A program made the translations under genes and the position numbers. A model generated the notes under the pieces. That model was given only the letters and a program-made list of their open reading frames with translations, was not told the DNA's origin and made no database searches. A DNA stretch of 64,000 nucleotides from NCBI GenBank assembly GCA_002189035.1, contig NEEC01000021.1:1116001-1180000 (forward strand), in the 5' to 3' direction. Shown piece by piece: positions 17,539 to 31,900 of the stretch (its first letter is position 1; every line of letters starts with the position of its first letter). This DNA comes from Utricularia gibba (taxonomy: Eukaryota; Plantae; Magnoliophyta).

Positions 17539-20500
17539 ATGGGGGAGGTGGACGGAACCGCTCCGCAGGCGGAGGATGCCGACGTGAACAAAAAGCAACG
17601 CATCCAAGTCACCGCTCCACCGCCGCAGAGCTTCATCAAGTCCATGAAAGTTACTCTCGAGGAGACCCTTTTCCCGGACGACCCGTTTCGCCGGCTAAGG
17701 GACCCGAATCTGACCCCCGGAGAAAGGCTGTCCTCGGTCTCCAGTACTTGTTTCCGATCCTAGAATGGGGCCCCAATTACAGACTCCGACTCTTCAAATC
17801 GGATCTCATCGCCGGAATTACCATCGCCAGCCTCGCTGTTCCTCAAGGGATCAGCTACGCCAAGCTCGCCAATCTCCCTCCGATTATTGGCTTATGTAAG
17901 TATTCTATTAAAAAAAAACAAGTAATTCAGATATTTGATTGTGTGTTCCCAGATTCCAGCTTCGTGCCGCCGTTGGTTTACGCCGTGATGGGAAGCTCCA
18001 GGGATCTGGCGGTGGGCACGGTGGCGGTTGGCTCGTTGCTGATGGGGTCGATGTTGAGGAAGGCGGTGAGTCCCCAGCAGGATCCCACGCTTTACCTTCA
18101 TCTCGCCTTCACCGCCACCTTCTTCGCCGGCGTTTTCCAGGCTGCGCTTGGCATTTTCCGGTGAGTCCCCAGTCCGGAGCTCCTACCTAGTAATAAAATT
18201 CAAGTGTCGAGCCGGTAACTAACCCGACCGACCCGAATACAGACTAGGGTTTATAGTGGATTTCCTGTCTCATGCAACGATTGTGGGGTTCATGGGCGGA
18301 GCAGCCACGGTGGTGTCTCTTCAGCAGCTCAAGGGCTTTTTGGGGTTGGACCATTTTACCCATCAGACGGACGTTTTCTCCGTTATGCACTCCGTTTTCT
18401 CTCAGTCTCACCTGGTGCGTACGTCCCGCCATTCTCCTCATAATAGGGAAAAAATTATAATAAACAATAGTATGAATTTTTAAAATTATTAAACAATATT
18501 AAACTGTTTGCCTGAACTTTAGATAATTTAGCTGTGATTTAAACCGTGATTATGTTCGTTTAAAAAAACAATTTTGATGTTTTATCCACAAAAATTAAAT
18601 GATCGATTAAAAAATTGGATCATAAATTAAAACATAAAGCTTCTATTTTCTTAGAATGACTTCTAGAAAAGTGTTTTTTGAGAATTATACAAAAAAAGAG
18701 GTAAAATGTTTCTAAATTTATATTTTTTTAAATGAAATGCGTTTATATTTGATAATAAAACTATTTTTGAAATACTTCTTTTGAAACTGATATTTTTTCT
18801 GGAAGGGGAAGTTTAATTATAATTAAGAAGATCATGTATATAAACATGCATTATGATCAATAAGAAACTATTGTTTTATCTTCATTTACTCTTGTTGAAT
18901 TATGCAGTGGATGTGGGAGAGTTGCGTGATGGGATTCATTTTTCTTGTCTTCATCCTGGCAAGCAGGCACCTTGTAAGTCACCCTCTGCCCATAATTCCA
19001 ACTGCCTTTTTCTTAAAAAGCTTTGACATCTTGTCACCATCTTCGTTCTCGATTGAAAATGTGGGTTTTCTGCTCTGATAGAGTAAGAGGAAGCCGAAGC
19101 TGTTCTGGGTATCAGCAATGGTGCCCTTGGCATCAGTCATCCTCGCAAGTCTTGTGGTTTACTGCACCCATGCAGACAGACATGGGATCCAAGTGGTATG
19201 TATATTGATCCTTATTCTTCTTTTGTTGATCCTCTCCCTTTTCTTTTCGTGTGCATTATTGTGCTAAAAGGTGAAGTTGATTCGAAAACACATCCTTTGA
19301 TCCACTGTGGGTTGCTCCGAATGAAATCGAGTTTTCGATTTTATCGGATTCGAATGATGCAGCCATCACATTGTAGATAAACTAAGACGTAGTATCTGTT
19401 TAAAATCAATGAATCTGAAAACCCCATTGGAAATCTCATCACTCAAGTTGATATTGTTCGTTTTGGATCGAAGTTGTTCGATTTTACCCTAAAAGATCTC
19501 AACTTGGGTGATGTATTGCTGGTTTATTAACCTGCATATAGTTAGATGAAATATGGGAAGAATGAAGATAACATGTACTTTCAACATTGACATGTACTTC
19601 TATAGGTTGGATTGCTTGGGAAGGGGATCAATCCACCATCACTAATGGATCTCAACTTCAACTCAAGATACCTTCCAACATCCATCAAAACCGGAATCGT
19701 AGTCGGAGTCATCGCTCTTGCGGTAACTAAGATTTTGTTCTTCATCTCGAAAGATACATACCCATGTTCTGTGATTTCGATACGTTATTGTTATTGTTAT
19801 TATTATTGTTGCTGTTTAGGAGGGCATAGCAGCTGGAAGAAGCTTCGCCATGTTCAAAAATTACCATATCGATGGGAACAAGGAAATGGTTGCCTTTGGA
19901 ATGATGAACATTGCCGGTTCTTGCACCTCTTGTTACCTCACCGCAGGTGAGATGATCACCTTAGAACTAAAGTTAGAAAATTAGGCAATAGGAGATTGAC
20001 ATGTGGATGAAGGATGGATAACCGTTTTTTGAATAATGGAGTAGGTCCGTTCTCAAGGTCCGCCGTGAACTTCAACGCCGGGTGCAAGACGGCGGTGTCG
20101 AATATCGTGATGGCGGTGGCGGTGATGATGACGCTCCTATTGCTAACTCCGTTGATCTACTACACCCCGCTAGTGGTCCTCTCGTCGATCATCGTGGCTG
20201 CGATGCTGGGCCTCATTGACTATGAGGCTGCGTTGCATCTGTGGCATGTAGAGAAATTCGATTTCTTCGTCTGCATCGGAGCCTACTTTGGCGTCGTCTT
20301 CGCTGACATTGAAGTTGGATTAGTCCTTGCGGTATGCATAACATTGATAAGAATACATGAATGGCATGATCTATGATTTGATCATTGCTTGTGTAGGTTG
20401 GAATGTCGATTCTTAGAGTGCTGCTCTTTGTGGCACGGCCGAGGATATTAGTCCTCGGAAACATCCCGGACTCGAAGCTCTACCGAAGTGTCGAGCAGTA

Positions 20501-21198
20501 TCCGGCAGCGGTACGTGCGCCCGGAATTCTTATACTTGGGATCAGAGGTCCGATTTACTTTGCCAATTCCAACTACTTGAGAGAAAGGTGAAAACATGAC
20601 CTCAAAAACTCAGTTCACAACTTGTCATGTTCACTATTGGGAGTTAAGTATGTTGTGCTTTCAATTAGGATCTCAAGGTGGGTGGAGGATGAAGAAGAAA
20701 AACTCAAGTCACTTGGGGAGACTCACCTTCACCACCTCATCCTTGACATGTCAGGTACATCTCTTCACCAAATCATGAACTTGATTGAATCATTCAGTTG
20801 CTCTTCGCAATGACGATTTTGCATCATCAGAATGATAGAAAAGGATTCCGATATTTGATATGCAGTTGAATGATCTTGTAGCCATTGGAAACATTGACAC
20901 AAGTGGGATCACTATGCTTGAAGAGATGAAGAAGATTGTCGAAAGAAAAGGCATTAAGGTAATTGTATATTACATAAAGGTATCTTTCTTTTGTTCATGG
21001 ATGCAAGTGAATGATATGTCACATTATTAGCTCTTGTTGGTGAACCCTGGAGATGAGTTGATGAAGAAACTAAGAAAGGCGGAATTCCTCGAGACGATCG
21101 GCGTCTACCTCACGGTGGGGGACGCCGTCGAGGCTTGTGACGTTGCTTTAACGGTTTCCGACTTCTCTATCGAGAAGTATGGTAGCTCTAATGTGTGA
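17539..21198 (+). CDS. SULTR3;1: Group 3 sulfate transporter with STAS domain, SULTR3;1-like; 12 exons; -1 frameshift in exon 1 as assembled
   Basis: ETLFPDDPFR, FPILEW, DLIAGITIASLAVPQGISYAKLANLPPIIGL, SRDLAVG, FSRSAVNFNAGCKT and the STAS motif PIYFANSNYLRER. GT-AG junctions traced; stop TGA 21196-21198. Frame changes at ~17730. Confidence 0.9.
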
Positions 21199-21628
21199 GT
21201 AACTAAGAGATGTATGTGTTGCTAATGAAACTTATATGTTATGCATGCTAATAATAAATAATAAGTTTAAATGGCTTGTTTTTATTTCCAAATTTACAAT
21301 TAATAATAATATAATTTTTTTCAAAGTTTGATAATACTTATTTAATAATAACAAGATTAAAAAAAGATATTTATTGATATTTCAACAAGTACAAAAGGGC
21401 AATTCTGTCGTTTCACCTTCACAAAGTAAGGCGACAATGAAAGAACACTCAAAAAGAATTTTGTGGTAGGAGCACCTTATGTGTATCTTTCCCGAATAGT
21501 GATGCTCATAAATAGACAATGACTGTTTTGCCCTTATTCAAGGTGCCCCACCACAAAAATCTTCAATTCAAATATCTTCTCACATTAATTAATTATTCCT
21601 CCCATCCTATTCACAAAGTATATCCGTT

Positions 21629-23263
21629 TCAATTAAACCCTAATTTCGTGACAGGCAGAGGGGGAAGAGTACCATTTTCCGGTTGACGTTCTTCCCGGCC
21701 GCCGCCGTCGCGGATCTTGGTCAAGATCGGCCCCAGATCCCTCTTATGCACCTGCATTTTCAACCCATTCTTCATGAACAAGGTCAAGGACATCTTCTGT
21801 TCCACCTTGTGGCCGGGCGCCACCACAAGGCGGTGCCGAAGAAGCACCGCCGCTGCAATCGATTTCATCTGCAGATACGCCAAGTCTTTCCCTAAGCATA
21901 TTCTTGGTCCGGCGTTGAACGCCACGAATTGGAACTGATCCTTCGCCTGAAACTGCTTTCCGTCTTCAGATAGCCATCTTTCTGGCTTGAATTCGAGGCA
22001 GTCTTCGCCCCAAATGAATTTCATTCTTCCGCTGGAGTAAATTGAGTAGGTGATATTAGATCTCGCCGGAACGAAAGTCCCGTCCGGCAATACATCATCT
22101 GAAACTACGTATTTCGAATCCTGCGGCACGGAGGGGTACAATCGGAGAGTCTCAGACAGCGCTGCTTTGAGATAAATCAGCCGATCTACCTCCTCGAAAA
22201 CCAGGGGCGATTCTATCCAATTTTTTATATCGTCTCCGCGAGTTTCTGATAAAATTGAGCAAATCTCGAGCAGTATCTTCTCCTCGATTTCTGGATTCAG
22301 ACTTACCAGCCAGAAAAACCAGCTGAGCGCCACCGAGGAGGTGTCCCTTCCGGCGAGGATGAAATTCAGAGTAACATGTTGGAGGAATTCGTCGGTGTAG
22401 GTTTCTTTTTTCTTCATGAACCTCGATAGCAAATCATCGTGTTGGCCATCGTTGCGAAGCTCGAGTTTACGAGTATCGATCACCTTTGTCATGTAACTGT
22501 CGACATTGTTCAAGCTCTGGTTCAGATTCTGCTCCATTCCCAGACGAAGCCATTTCTTGAACTTCCAGATGAACTCCGGAAGAATAAACCGCTGCAAAGT
22601 CGCCTCCGTCGCGGTATCGAATGACGTGGCGAATACATTCTCCGGTAGACCGGGAGCCAGAGTCTGCGGATCCTTCCCGAACGCCAACCCGCAGATGTTA
22701 TCAAATGTGAGCCGCAGAAGAAGATCCTGCACATCAACGGCTTCCCCACTGTTCTCCGCTGCACTGAGAATCGGACAGAGACGATTCCCGATCGCTCGCG
22801 TCACCCACCGCGACATCGCCTGCCGGAGCGTCCGCGTCGTGAACTCCAACGCGGCGGTCTTCCTCTGGAACAGCCACGTGTCCCCATCGGAGTTGAAGAT
22901 CCCCTTGCCCAATAGATCGTGGAATACAGCTTGCCATGTGGGCCCCTTCGGGTAATTATCGAACTTCACCTTGAGAATGTGCTCTAGGTTTTTCGGATCG
23001 CACGTGACCGTCACGAGCCCATCCTTCCGAGCCACGAACGGCAACGCCAGTATACACGTCTGGTAGGTGCCGCCGCAGGCTCGGAGGTTGTCGGCGATCC
23101 AGTCGTGCATACGGTGGCTGTTCGCGATCACCCCCGGCAAGCTCCCCACCACCGGCCACACCCTCGGCCCCTTCCCCACCCTCAGCGACCCCTTCAGCAA
23201 TCTGAACCACACATAATACCCCGCCAAAAAAGCCAGAATTATCACAGCCGTCGATGCATCCAT
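21629..23263 (-). CDS. CYP86A: Cytochrome P450, CYP86A subfamily (fatty-acid omega-hydroxylase, cutin-related); CDS intronless
   Basis: MDASTAV...[18 protein letters not shown]...[22 protein letters not shown]-helix AGRDTSS, ExxR (ETLR), heme motif [13 protein letters not shown] 23261-23263 is preferred to the ORF-track start, which lies inside a 5'UTR intron. Confidence 0.95.
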   Translation of the reverse strand: MDASTAVIILAFLAGYYVWFRLLKGSLRVGKGPRVWPVVGSLPGVIANSHRMHDWIADNLRACGGTYQTCILALPFVARKDGLVTVTCDPKNLEHILKVKFDNYPKGPTWQAVFHDLLGKGIFNSDGDTWLFQRKTAALEFTTRTLRQAMSRWVTRAIGNRLCPILSAAENSGEAVDVQDLLLRLTFDNICGLAFGKDPQTLAPGLPENVFATSFDTATEATLQRFILPEFIWKFKKWLRLGMEQNLNQSLNNVDSYMTKVIDTRKLELRNDGQHDDLLSRFMKKKETYTDEFLQHVTLNFILAGRDTSSVALSWFFWLVSLNPEIEEKILLEICSILSETRGDDIKNWIESPLVFEEVDRLIYLKAALSETLRLYPSVPQDSKYVVSDDVLPDGTFVPARSNITYSIYSSGRMKFIWGEDCLEFKPERWLSEDGKQFQAKDQFQFVAFNAGPRICLGKDLAYLQMKSIAAAVLLRHRLVVAPGHKVEQKMSLTLFMKNGLKMQVHKRDLGPILTKIRDGGGREERQPENGTLPPLPVTKLGFN

Positions 23264-23269
23264 CTTCCC

Positions 23270-23340
23270 CTGCAAAACAGGTACCATCCCATCAAAAACC
23301 TTACTTTCTGCTACTAATCAATCTTCTTTCCTTCACTTAC
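23270..23340 (-). other. 71-nt 5'UTR intron of CYP86A
   Basis: Minus strand reads CTG|GTAAGTGAAGG...TTTTGCAG|GGGAAGATG: strong donor and acceptor 6 nt before the ATG. Confidence 0.65.
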
Positions 23341-24306
23341 CAGGATAACCAGAAGCCCTGATGGAGAAGAAGCAGTTGAGAGTAAGGAAGAGGACGCAGG
23401 AAAATGATTTATAGAGGAATAACAGGGGGTGGCAATAAATGCGGGGAGTAACCGCACACAGCAGCAGTGAGTTTTCTCTACGCATATGTGTGTGTATGTG
23501 TTATATAGGCATATGCTCTGGCCTGTGTGTGTGAGTATGTATCCGATAATGCAGAGCATGATGAAGGAAGGAGGGGTTTTAAAGCAGCGGCATTGAATGC
23601 CGGCATAGGCCGCTGGACCAGCAGTCCTGGATAGCATCATTAAGTAGCCGACCAAGACCAGTGCTTGGTGAGGATTCCTTTCATTTTTTTCGGTTCATGG
23701 CCATGTTCATCAATGCTGCTAATAATGGGCTGTTAGCTTGGGATTCCTTCATTTCTTTTTCCCTCTAGAGGAGAGGCGTTGTCTTCTGCTGCGTCACCTC
23801 CCACCTAACTGACCATCAGTCATCGGTTTGCTTTCGTTTTGAATGTAATGCTAGGCGATCCCATGGCAGATATTTGATAAATAGGTTTTGGGATTGTTTG
23901 ATGATCAATTGTGCTTGTTTGATACATAGGTATATTTATACCTCCTTGAATATATGTACATAATATCCTCTTGTGTAAACCCCTGTAGGGAATATAGGTA
24001 TTTGTATGACTACGCATTTCGATTTATCGAAATTCAAATGATCTAAATCCATGAAAATCTAAATCAACCAACCAAATATGGATTTTATCATTCATTTTTT
24101 GTCTTATGGCTGGTTTGGTTGCATAGTAGGGGTAAATCTGGATTTTAAGTATTAAGGTGTGGTTCATTCGGATTTGAGATGAGACTTTTTTGATTGATAG
24201 ATGTAATATAATATTATTTGTGACACCCATTAATTAAACATAGGTGTCGTTTTCACAAATAAGCTAACATTCACTTATACCTACGAACCAAATAAACCTT
24301 TATGTA

Positions 24307-24579
24307 GTATTTGGTTGATGTAAATGAGATAAAATGAGTTTAATTTATTTGGATTTAAATAAAGTTGATGTATTGGAAATAATTTCTTAAGTATTATTTA
24401 ATTATTGGGATTAGAAATAGGATTAAATGGTTTTAAGTAAAGTAATGAAGTGATGTAGTTTTAAATAAACTCATGTACATGGAGTAAAAAAACTCATATA
24501 ATTTTGGATTTATTTAAATTTATCAACTGAATATCTTATCATTTATAATCTCACTTTTATAATTCCATAAATCAAACAC
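24307..24579. mobile_element. Degenerate AT-rich MITE remnant with Tourist-like GTGTTTGG ends
   Basis: Left end GTATTTGGTTGATG; right end CATAAATCAAACAC (reverse complement GTGTTTGATTTATG), 11/14 match. Confidence 0.35.
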
Positions 24580-25967
24580 ACTCTTAATGCATTAAATTTG
24601 TAAATGATCCTTAGAATACCCATATGGAGCCTTCCAACAAACTAATCTCTTATGAATTTAGTTTTGTAAGATTTAATTTTGTGCAGATCATTTGGAATCT
24701 GATTTTAAATTGTTGAGGTTTAAAACAAACTAATCTCTTTTTGTCAATAACCATTTGAAATTTAAAATTATCTGAAATTGATTTATAAAAAGAAATTTAT
24801 TACTTTTATGTAAAACACGACATAAAAGTGCTTCTAAACCAACTACTTTTTTTTTTTCAATGTAAACTTCTAAACCACCTAATTAGAACAATTGATGGAA
24901 TATCCTTATGGGAATATGGAGTAAACAAGAGATCCCAAGACTAGTTTTATTCTGATGCCTTAGGTGGGGTGGGGGTTTAGTGTTTTAAAACTAGATTAAA
25001 ATTAATGTCTGATTTAATGCTATACTTAAGTTAAATATTTTTTTATAGTAAATTGATCGAGTTCAATAATTTTTAATCATTTTTAAAAATAATTTAAAAA
25101 ATAAACCATTATTATTTTAAAATTATGCATATATTTGAGTTAAATTGAATCTATAATTTTAAAATATTATTAGACTCTACAGAAATTATATATAAATTGT
25201 TTTGCACACTCCTCATTTTTTGGAGTTTGTGGGTTTTTAGTCATTGAACAATGAGAGGTTTTGTTTTGTGGGTTTTATTTATATTTTTATATAAATAAAA
25301 TATTTCTCATCATATTTATATTTCATCAATCAAATATCTCATTTCATTCATATATTTCTGTTAAAACATTACTAGTATATTTAAATATCATAAGAAAATA
25401 CAATTGAAATGAATCTCAGGAAAGGATAACAATAAAAAAATACATTTATATAATATTAATCTTATTATTATAAGTTGGAATTTATATTCTTTTTTTTAAA
25501 AAAACTATTTAATATTCAAATACATATTTTTCAATTAATTTAAGTTTTTTGTAATTTGATTAAATCCGAAATTTTAATCACTTTTTTGAGGATTGTTATC
25601 CCCAAAAGGTGGAGTCTTTTTGTGCCGTTGGAGATGTTCAAGCCGCCACCTGGAGAAGAGTTGAAGCCAGGGACGCAATGAGTGGAACAAGGGAACTGAT
25701 CCATGGAACAACATGAGGAGAGTTGCTTGATTAATCTGAATCTAATTGTCTGTGTTGTAAAAGCTGAAGTGGAAATTGTTCTGTAAGCCTACGCATTCGA
25801 ATTATCGTCAAGGAGCCGACGCCGAAGCGATCTTGTGTTGGTGTTCTGGAAATTTTGGCGTTTCAGGGTTGGTTTGATCGAAATCTGCGGCCATTTTATC
25901 GTTTCGAAAACTTGGGAATAACACAAGGTTTAGACGCTTCCTTTTCATTTCCACAGTCTTCGATTCG

Positions 25968-28900
25968 ATGTCTCGGTTGGTTTTACCCCACAAAGTTTCG
26001 AGCTTCTCGCGGGCTTCTCTCCTGGGTTTTGCCTCTTCCGTACCTGTGGTTACCCTCCTATCCGTATTTTGTATTTTTTCTCCTTTTCTGGAGATAGTTA
26101 GGGGGGAGGAGGAAAAAGCAAAGAATCTTTTGAAGTTTTCAACTTGAACTTAATTGTGACTTGACATGAATAATGTGATCATGCTGACGTTTTTGTGCTG
26201 GTATAAAACTTTGTTTCCCCTGGTGTGATTGTTCTTTTTTTTTTTTTTTTTTTTCAGTCTCTGGGAGTTGTCATTCAATCAGTTATCGGAAAGTTGTTCG
26301 AAGATCCAAGCGGTTCTATTTTCCCGCGGTAGGCTTTTCTAGTGATGCGGCTTACGAGTACCTGGGTTCTCAGTTGTTTCTCTATTCTGTTTATCAATCT
26401 CTTTTCAGGGCCAGGTGAATTACTTGACGGAAGTTAGGCGAAGGAGTTACCTAGTCCCTGTATGATTACTTGCTCGCCTAAGTAACGATACCACTATCCA
26501 GATGTTTCGGAACAGTGACACAATTATATATTTCTCATGTGTATTAGGGTGTTTCAGCTGGTAGTATCAGTCGCAGGTTGATCTGCTCTGTGGCAACAGA
26601 ATCGGGAAGAATGAAAGTTCAGGAATATGCCGTGGATACCCCAAAGGAGATCTTTCTGAAGGAGTACAACCAACCTGATTACTTATTTGAGAAGGTAATT
26701 GTGTTAGCATTTTTTTCGTTTTCTTTGTCTAAGCACTGACTCGATGGCTTGGTTGTGCCAAAGGTTGATTTGAAGTTTACCCTAGGTGAAGAAAAGACAA
26801 TTGTACTTTCAAAAATCTCCGCATACCCCAGACTTGAAGGTATTCTCTTTTGATGATTAAGTTGGCTCATTTGTGTTAGTGTTGTGTATTATGAGTGGAT
26901 TCCTACTCCTGCTAGGTACTTAGCGTAGACATTCTTCTTGATGGACTTTTTTCATGATTATTCATTTAATACTTTTTCTAATTTATGTTGTCATACTCTA
27001 GTAATGCTTTCTTGTCTTTGGTGATTCAAAAAAAAACAAAAAACCATATGATGGTCTTTGCATTCAGGTTGCTCTTCTCAGTTAGTCTTGGATGGGGTTG
27101 ATCTGAAACTGATTTCAATACATTGCAATGGGAAGGAAGTGAAGGTATTTTGCCTGCAAATTTTTGGAATGACATCCAACGATAGGAAATAAGGACCAAA
27201 ACGTTGCTTGCATTAATTTTTTTTGAAAAACTTAATTCGCAGGAGAATGATTATCATGTTGACTCAAGACACCTTATTCTTTTCTCTCCTCCAAGTGGAA
27301 AGTTTACTTTGGAAATTGTTACTGAAATCTACCCACAAAAAAATACTTCGCTGGAGGTAAAATGAGATTGCTGTTTGATTTTATCATTCAGTTGTTGAAA
27401 ATGAAAGCTACTCACAATTACCTTAGTTTTTTATATTTCCTGATGCAGGGGCTCTACAAATCATCTGGTAACTTCTGCACACAGTGTGAAGCAGAAGGTT
27501 TCAGGAAAATTACATATTATCAGGTATGTTGCATAGTGTCAGAGGAACTTCTGTGTTATTTTAGCGTCCTGAACGTTCAACTTATTTTCTCATCACTGAT
27601 GCAGGATCGTCCGGATATCATGGCAAAGTACACCGTCTGTATTGAAGGTGACAAATCATTATATCCCATTTTGCTTTCTAATGGAAATCTCATCGAGCAA
27701 GGCGACATGGAGGTGAATTTTCTTGATAATGATGTTTACTTACACTCATAATTGTATCTGAATGCATTGCCACATTAATCCAGGGGAACAGGCATTATGC
27801 TATATGGGAAGACCCTTTTGTGAAACCGTGCTACCTTTTTGCATTAGTAGCAGGACAATTGAAATGCAGAGAAGATAGTTTTGTGACTAGATCGAGTAGA
27901 AGAGTCTTGCTTAGAATCTGGACACCTGAGGAGGATCTCCCAAAAACTGCCCATGCAATGTACTCACTGAAAGCTGCAATGAAATGGGATGAAGATGTAA
28001 GATTGCGAGTGCTACTTTACTTTTATTACAAAGTTATTCGGAGAAAGATATTGGGTTAATTAAGCCACTATTTGTGTGCAGGTCTTCGGGCTAGAATATG
28101 ACTTGGATCTTTTCAATGTCGTGGCTGTCCCTGATTTTAACATGTTAGATGCATCCTCTATAGTAGCTATTTTCCAACATGATCATTGTGGATTCCCTTT
28201 CCGTATTGAATTTTTTTACTTGTTTAACTCCACAGGGGTGCCATGGAGAACAAGAGTTTAAATGTAATCTTGAAAAAGCACATCATGTTTGATATCATAA
28301 CTCTGATGTTATCACTGGATGCTGATACGTTTTTGGGGTGGGCAGATTTTTAATTCAAAGCTTGTCTTGGCATCTCCTGAAACTGCAACTGATGCGGATT
28401 ACGCTGCTATCTTGCGTGTGATTGGGCATGAGGTATGATGTTCTTGAATATTGCTGCGTGTGGGTTCTTTAGTTCTGTGTAAAAACCTATTACTATGTTT
28501 TGAACCTTATCTGCTTTACTTGTGTGCAGTATTTTCACAACTGGACTGGAAACAGGTCGGTTTAAATTACTTTATTGATTGTATTACTATTTTATTTCAT
28601 ATCTACACGCATTATACTAATATTTAAGTATTTATAATCTCTATTCCCAGAGTAACATGCCGTGATTGGTTCCAACTAAGTTTAAAGGAAGGACTTACAG
28701 TTTTCCGTGATCAGGTGAGTGTTTTCTTAATTTTTCAGATGCCCTTCCATCAACATTAATGTGTTGTCTCCATGTAGGAATTTTCTTCTGACATGGGTAG
28801 CCGTACAGTGAAGCGGATAGCAGATGTTTCAAAGCTAAGAACTTATCAATTTCCTCAGGTAGAGATGCTTTTGCTTTGAACTTACTATTTTGAAATTTCA

Positions 28901-31900
28901 ACTATGTTTCCTTTCCTTGCACGAGATATTTTAAATCTGTCATCAGGACTCATGCCTTGGTAAAAGAGTAATTGAATCCCTGATTTTAACATGTCTGTTT
29001 ACTTTCTAGCTATTAATTATATGAAGATATGCAATTAATTCCTGCGGAGAATGAGATCTTTTTTCTTTTGGAAACTGTGGATTTCCAGGATGCTGGTCCA
29101 ATGGCTCATCCTGTTCGACCTCATTCTTATATTAAGGTAACAAATGTTCATCCATTGCTCTCTCTCTTTCTCTCTTTTCTCCAAACATCGTGTATAAGAT
29201 GGTTTGCCTGCAGTATTTCCCCAATTTGTTTATAGTTAACTTATACTTCTTTTTCTTGGTTCTGCTTTCAAAGATGGATAACTTCTATACAGGTCAGCTC
29301 CCTTCCATCTGAATACTTGATTGTATCTTACATTATGTTGAAGTCGATAATTCTTTAAACTCTTTTAACATCTTACTTTGGATGATTTTGGCATGCGCCA
29401 CACAACGTGCTCATAACATTCAGTGACGGTATGTGTTCAAAATGTTTATTTTCTACATTTTTTTCTTCTCCATCTTGAGATGAATGAATAACTGCCTTTT
29501 TGTTTTTTTGGATTCCTCATCATCAGGTGTACGAAAAGGTTTGTTTTTCTCTTTCCTGTAGTTTGGAACTTGCGAAATGTACTAGCATGTTGGTTGATAA
29601 AATTTAATGATTTTCAGGGTGCCGAGGTGGTTAGGATGTACAAAACATTGTTAGGTTCTTCTGGGTTTAGGAAGGTAGAAAAAAAAAGAATCACCAAATC
29701 TTCAAATACGACCACCATCAAAGTTATAGAGACTCTGCATGATTACCAAGTGCTTACTGTTCTTCTGTTCTAGGGCATGGATTTATACTTCAAGAGACAT
29801 GATGGTCAAGCTGTCACTTGTGAAGATTTTTTTGCTGCTATGAGAGATGCAAACAGAGCCGAGTTTCCTAATTTCCTTTTATGGTATTCCATTATTACTT
29901 CTAACGGGATTTTTTTTTCCTGTTTCTTTTTTGCTGATATTTCTGATTACGTTGATCAAGGTATTCCCAAGCTGGTACTCCCTGTCTTAAGGTTGCTTCT
30001 TCCTACAATGCTCAGGCAAAGAGTTTTAGCCTGAAGTTTAGGTAAGATCTGATAGACTTTGTGTTTGTTGAGCTCTTGAAAGTTAACATCATCAACAATT
30101 ACTATTTCCCCTCCTCTTAATATATTAATTTTCTTGAAATGGTTGATGAATTATAAATTTTTGCAGCCAAGAGGTTCCTCCAACTCCCGGCCAGCCACTC
30201 AAGGAACCCATGTTTATTCCTGTAGCTTTGGGTCTTCTTGGTTCTAATGGCCAAGATCTTCCCTTATCTTCTGTTCACCACAATGGGAGGTTTGAGAATC
30301 TTACGAATAATGGTCAGCCATTGACCACAGCCATTCTTAGAGTGACAGAGGTAAATGAAAGATTTCTAAGCCGCTTCCAGTTACCAATAGGTTTGACTTG
30401 CAACTGCAATACGATCAAATCATTGCCTAGGATCAGTGATGAAATCACAATGTTCAAAAGACTCGTTCTGATCAAGTGATATGATCAAGCAGTCCTAGTC
30501 ATTTTGGCTCTGATTTTTTATTTTTTTATGAGATCCGATTTGTATTAAGATGTGAATGGTAGTATGCATTATGAACTTGCTGACCAATCAGTTTTTTTCC
30601 CTTTTCTAGAAAGAAGAAGAATTTGTGTTCTCAGACGTCTCTGAACGGCCTGTACCTTCCCTACTTAGAGGATACAGTGCACCTGTTCGGCTGGTTACAG
30701 ATCTTGATGAATCTGATTTGTATTTCCTCCTTGCGAATGATTCTGATGAATTCAACCGGTATGTGATTTTGGAACACAACAAATATTACATAATATGTCA
30801 AGAAACCTGTTAATTCTGCATTTAAAAAAATAAAACTGCTTTGTCTTTTTTGAACTTCAGTTGGGAGGCTGGTCAGACATTGGCTAGGAAGCTAATGCTG
30901 AGTTTGGTACTTGATTTTCAACAAAACAAGCCACTGACTCTCAACCCTCAATTCTTGCATGGCATCAGAGGCATTCTGTGCAACACGGGCTTGGACAAGG
31001 TAGTATATCCACTGTGAATTCTATTGGTTAAGTGAGACTGAGGGTTGACTGGAATTGCTGTTTTTTCTAGGAATTCGTTGCAAAGGCAATCACATTACCT
31101 GGCATAGGGGAAATCATGGATATGATGGAAATCGCTGACCCGGATGCTGTTCATGCAGTTAACCTGTTCATCAGAAAGCAAATTGCTTCTGAATTGAAAG
31201 AAGAGTTTCTCAAGACGGTATGAAGCTGCATGCTTAGAAATCTTGTAGGAGTTTTTCATAGGCTCAAAAGTCCTTACACTTCTTTAGTTTGAGTGTTTGC
31301 CTTGACATCGCTTGTATCTAAAATATGTTCCCCTTCTTATTTTACTAGTATCTTCTTTCCATCATTGAGAAAGTATCTCATCGGTTGTCTATTGATTTTT
31401 TTTTTTTTTTTTGGTCTATGACGTGTTGCAATTACGTTTTGCAGGTTCAAAACAATAGAAGCTCAGAAAAGTATGAGTTCAACCACTCAAATATGGCAAG
31501 ACGCAGTCTTAAAAATGTTGCCCTTGGTATCACTCTTGTTTGCAAAGGCATCTAGACCCTTTTTTGGGCACTATAATCTGATCTGTGTATGTTTCGTGTT
31601 TGCAGCCTATCTTGGTTCACTTGATGACCGTGAAACAATCGAACTCGCGTTGCATGAATACAGGACTGCTACAAATATGACTGATCAATTTGCTGCGCTT
31701 GTAGCTCTAGATCAGCAGCCTGGGAAAGTTCGCGATGAGGCCTTGGCTGATTTCTTTACCAAATGGCAGCATGAGTTCTTGGTAAACTTAGGACACCATC
31801 AGTTAATTTATCGTAACATCGAGCAGGAGAACAACGAAATAAGTTATATGATCAGAGGAAAAGCTGCATGCTTGCTTAGTGCTGGTAGTAGTATCCTATG

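Noticed and set aside
22439-23317. Antisense and alternative-frame ORFs over CYP86A
   Set aside because: Shadow ORFs of a GC-rich coding exon.
25600-25730. Coding-like GC-richer patch upstream of the aminopeptidase (…PLEMFKPPPGEELKPGTQ*)
   Set aside because: Too short and no family recognised. It could be a gene fragment but cannot be supported without a search.
29885-29968. Aminopeptidase intron whose first 7 nt (GTATTCC) match the start of the next exon
   Set aside because: It resembles a gain footprint, but I have no reason to think this intron position is lineage-specific, and the match can arise by chance.
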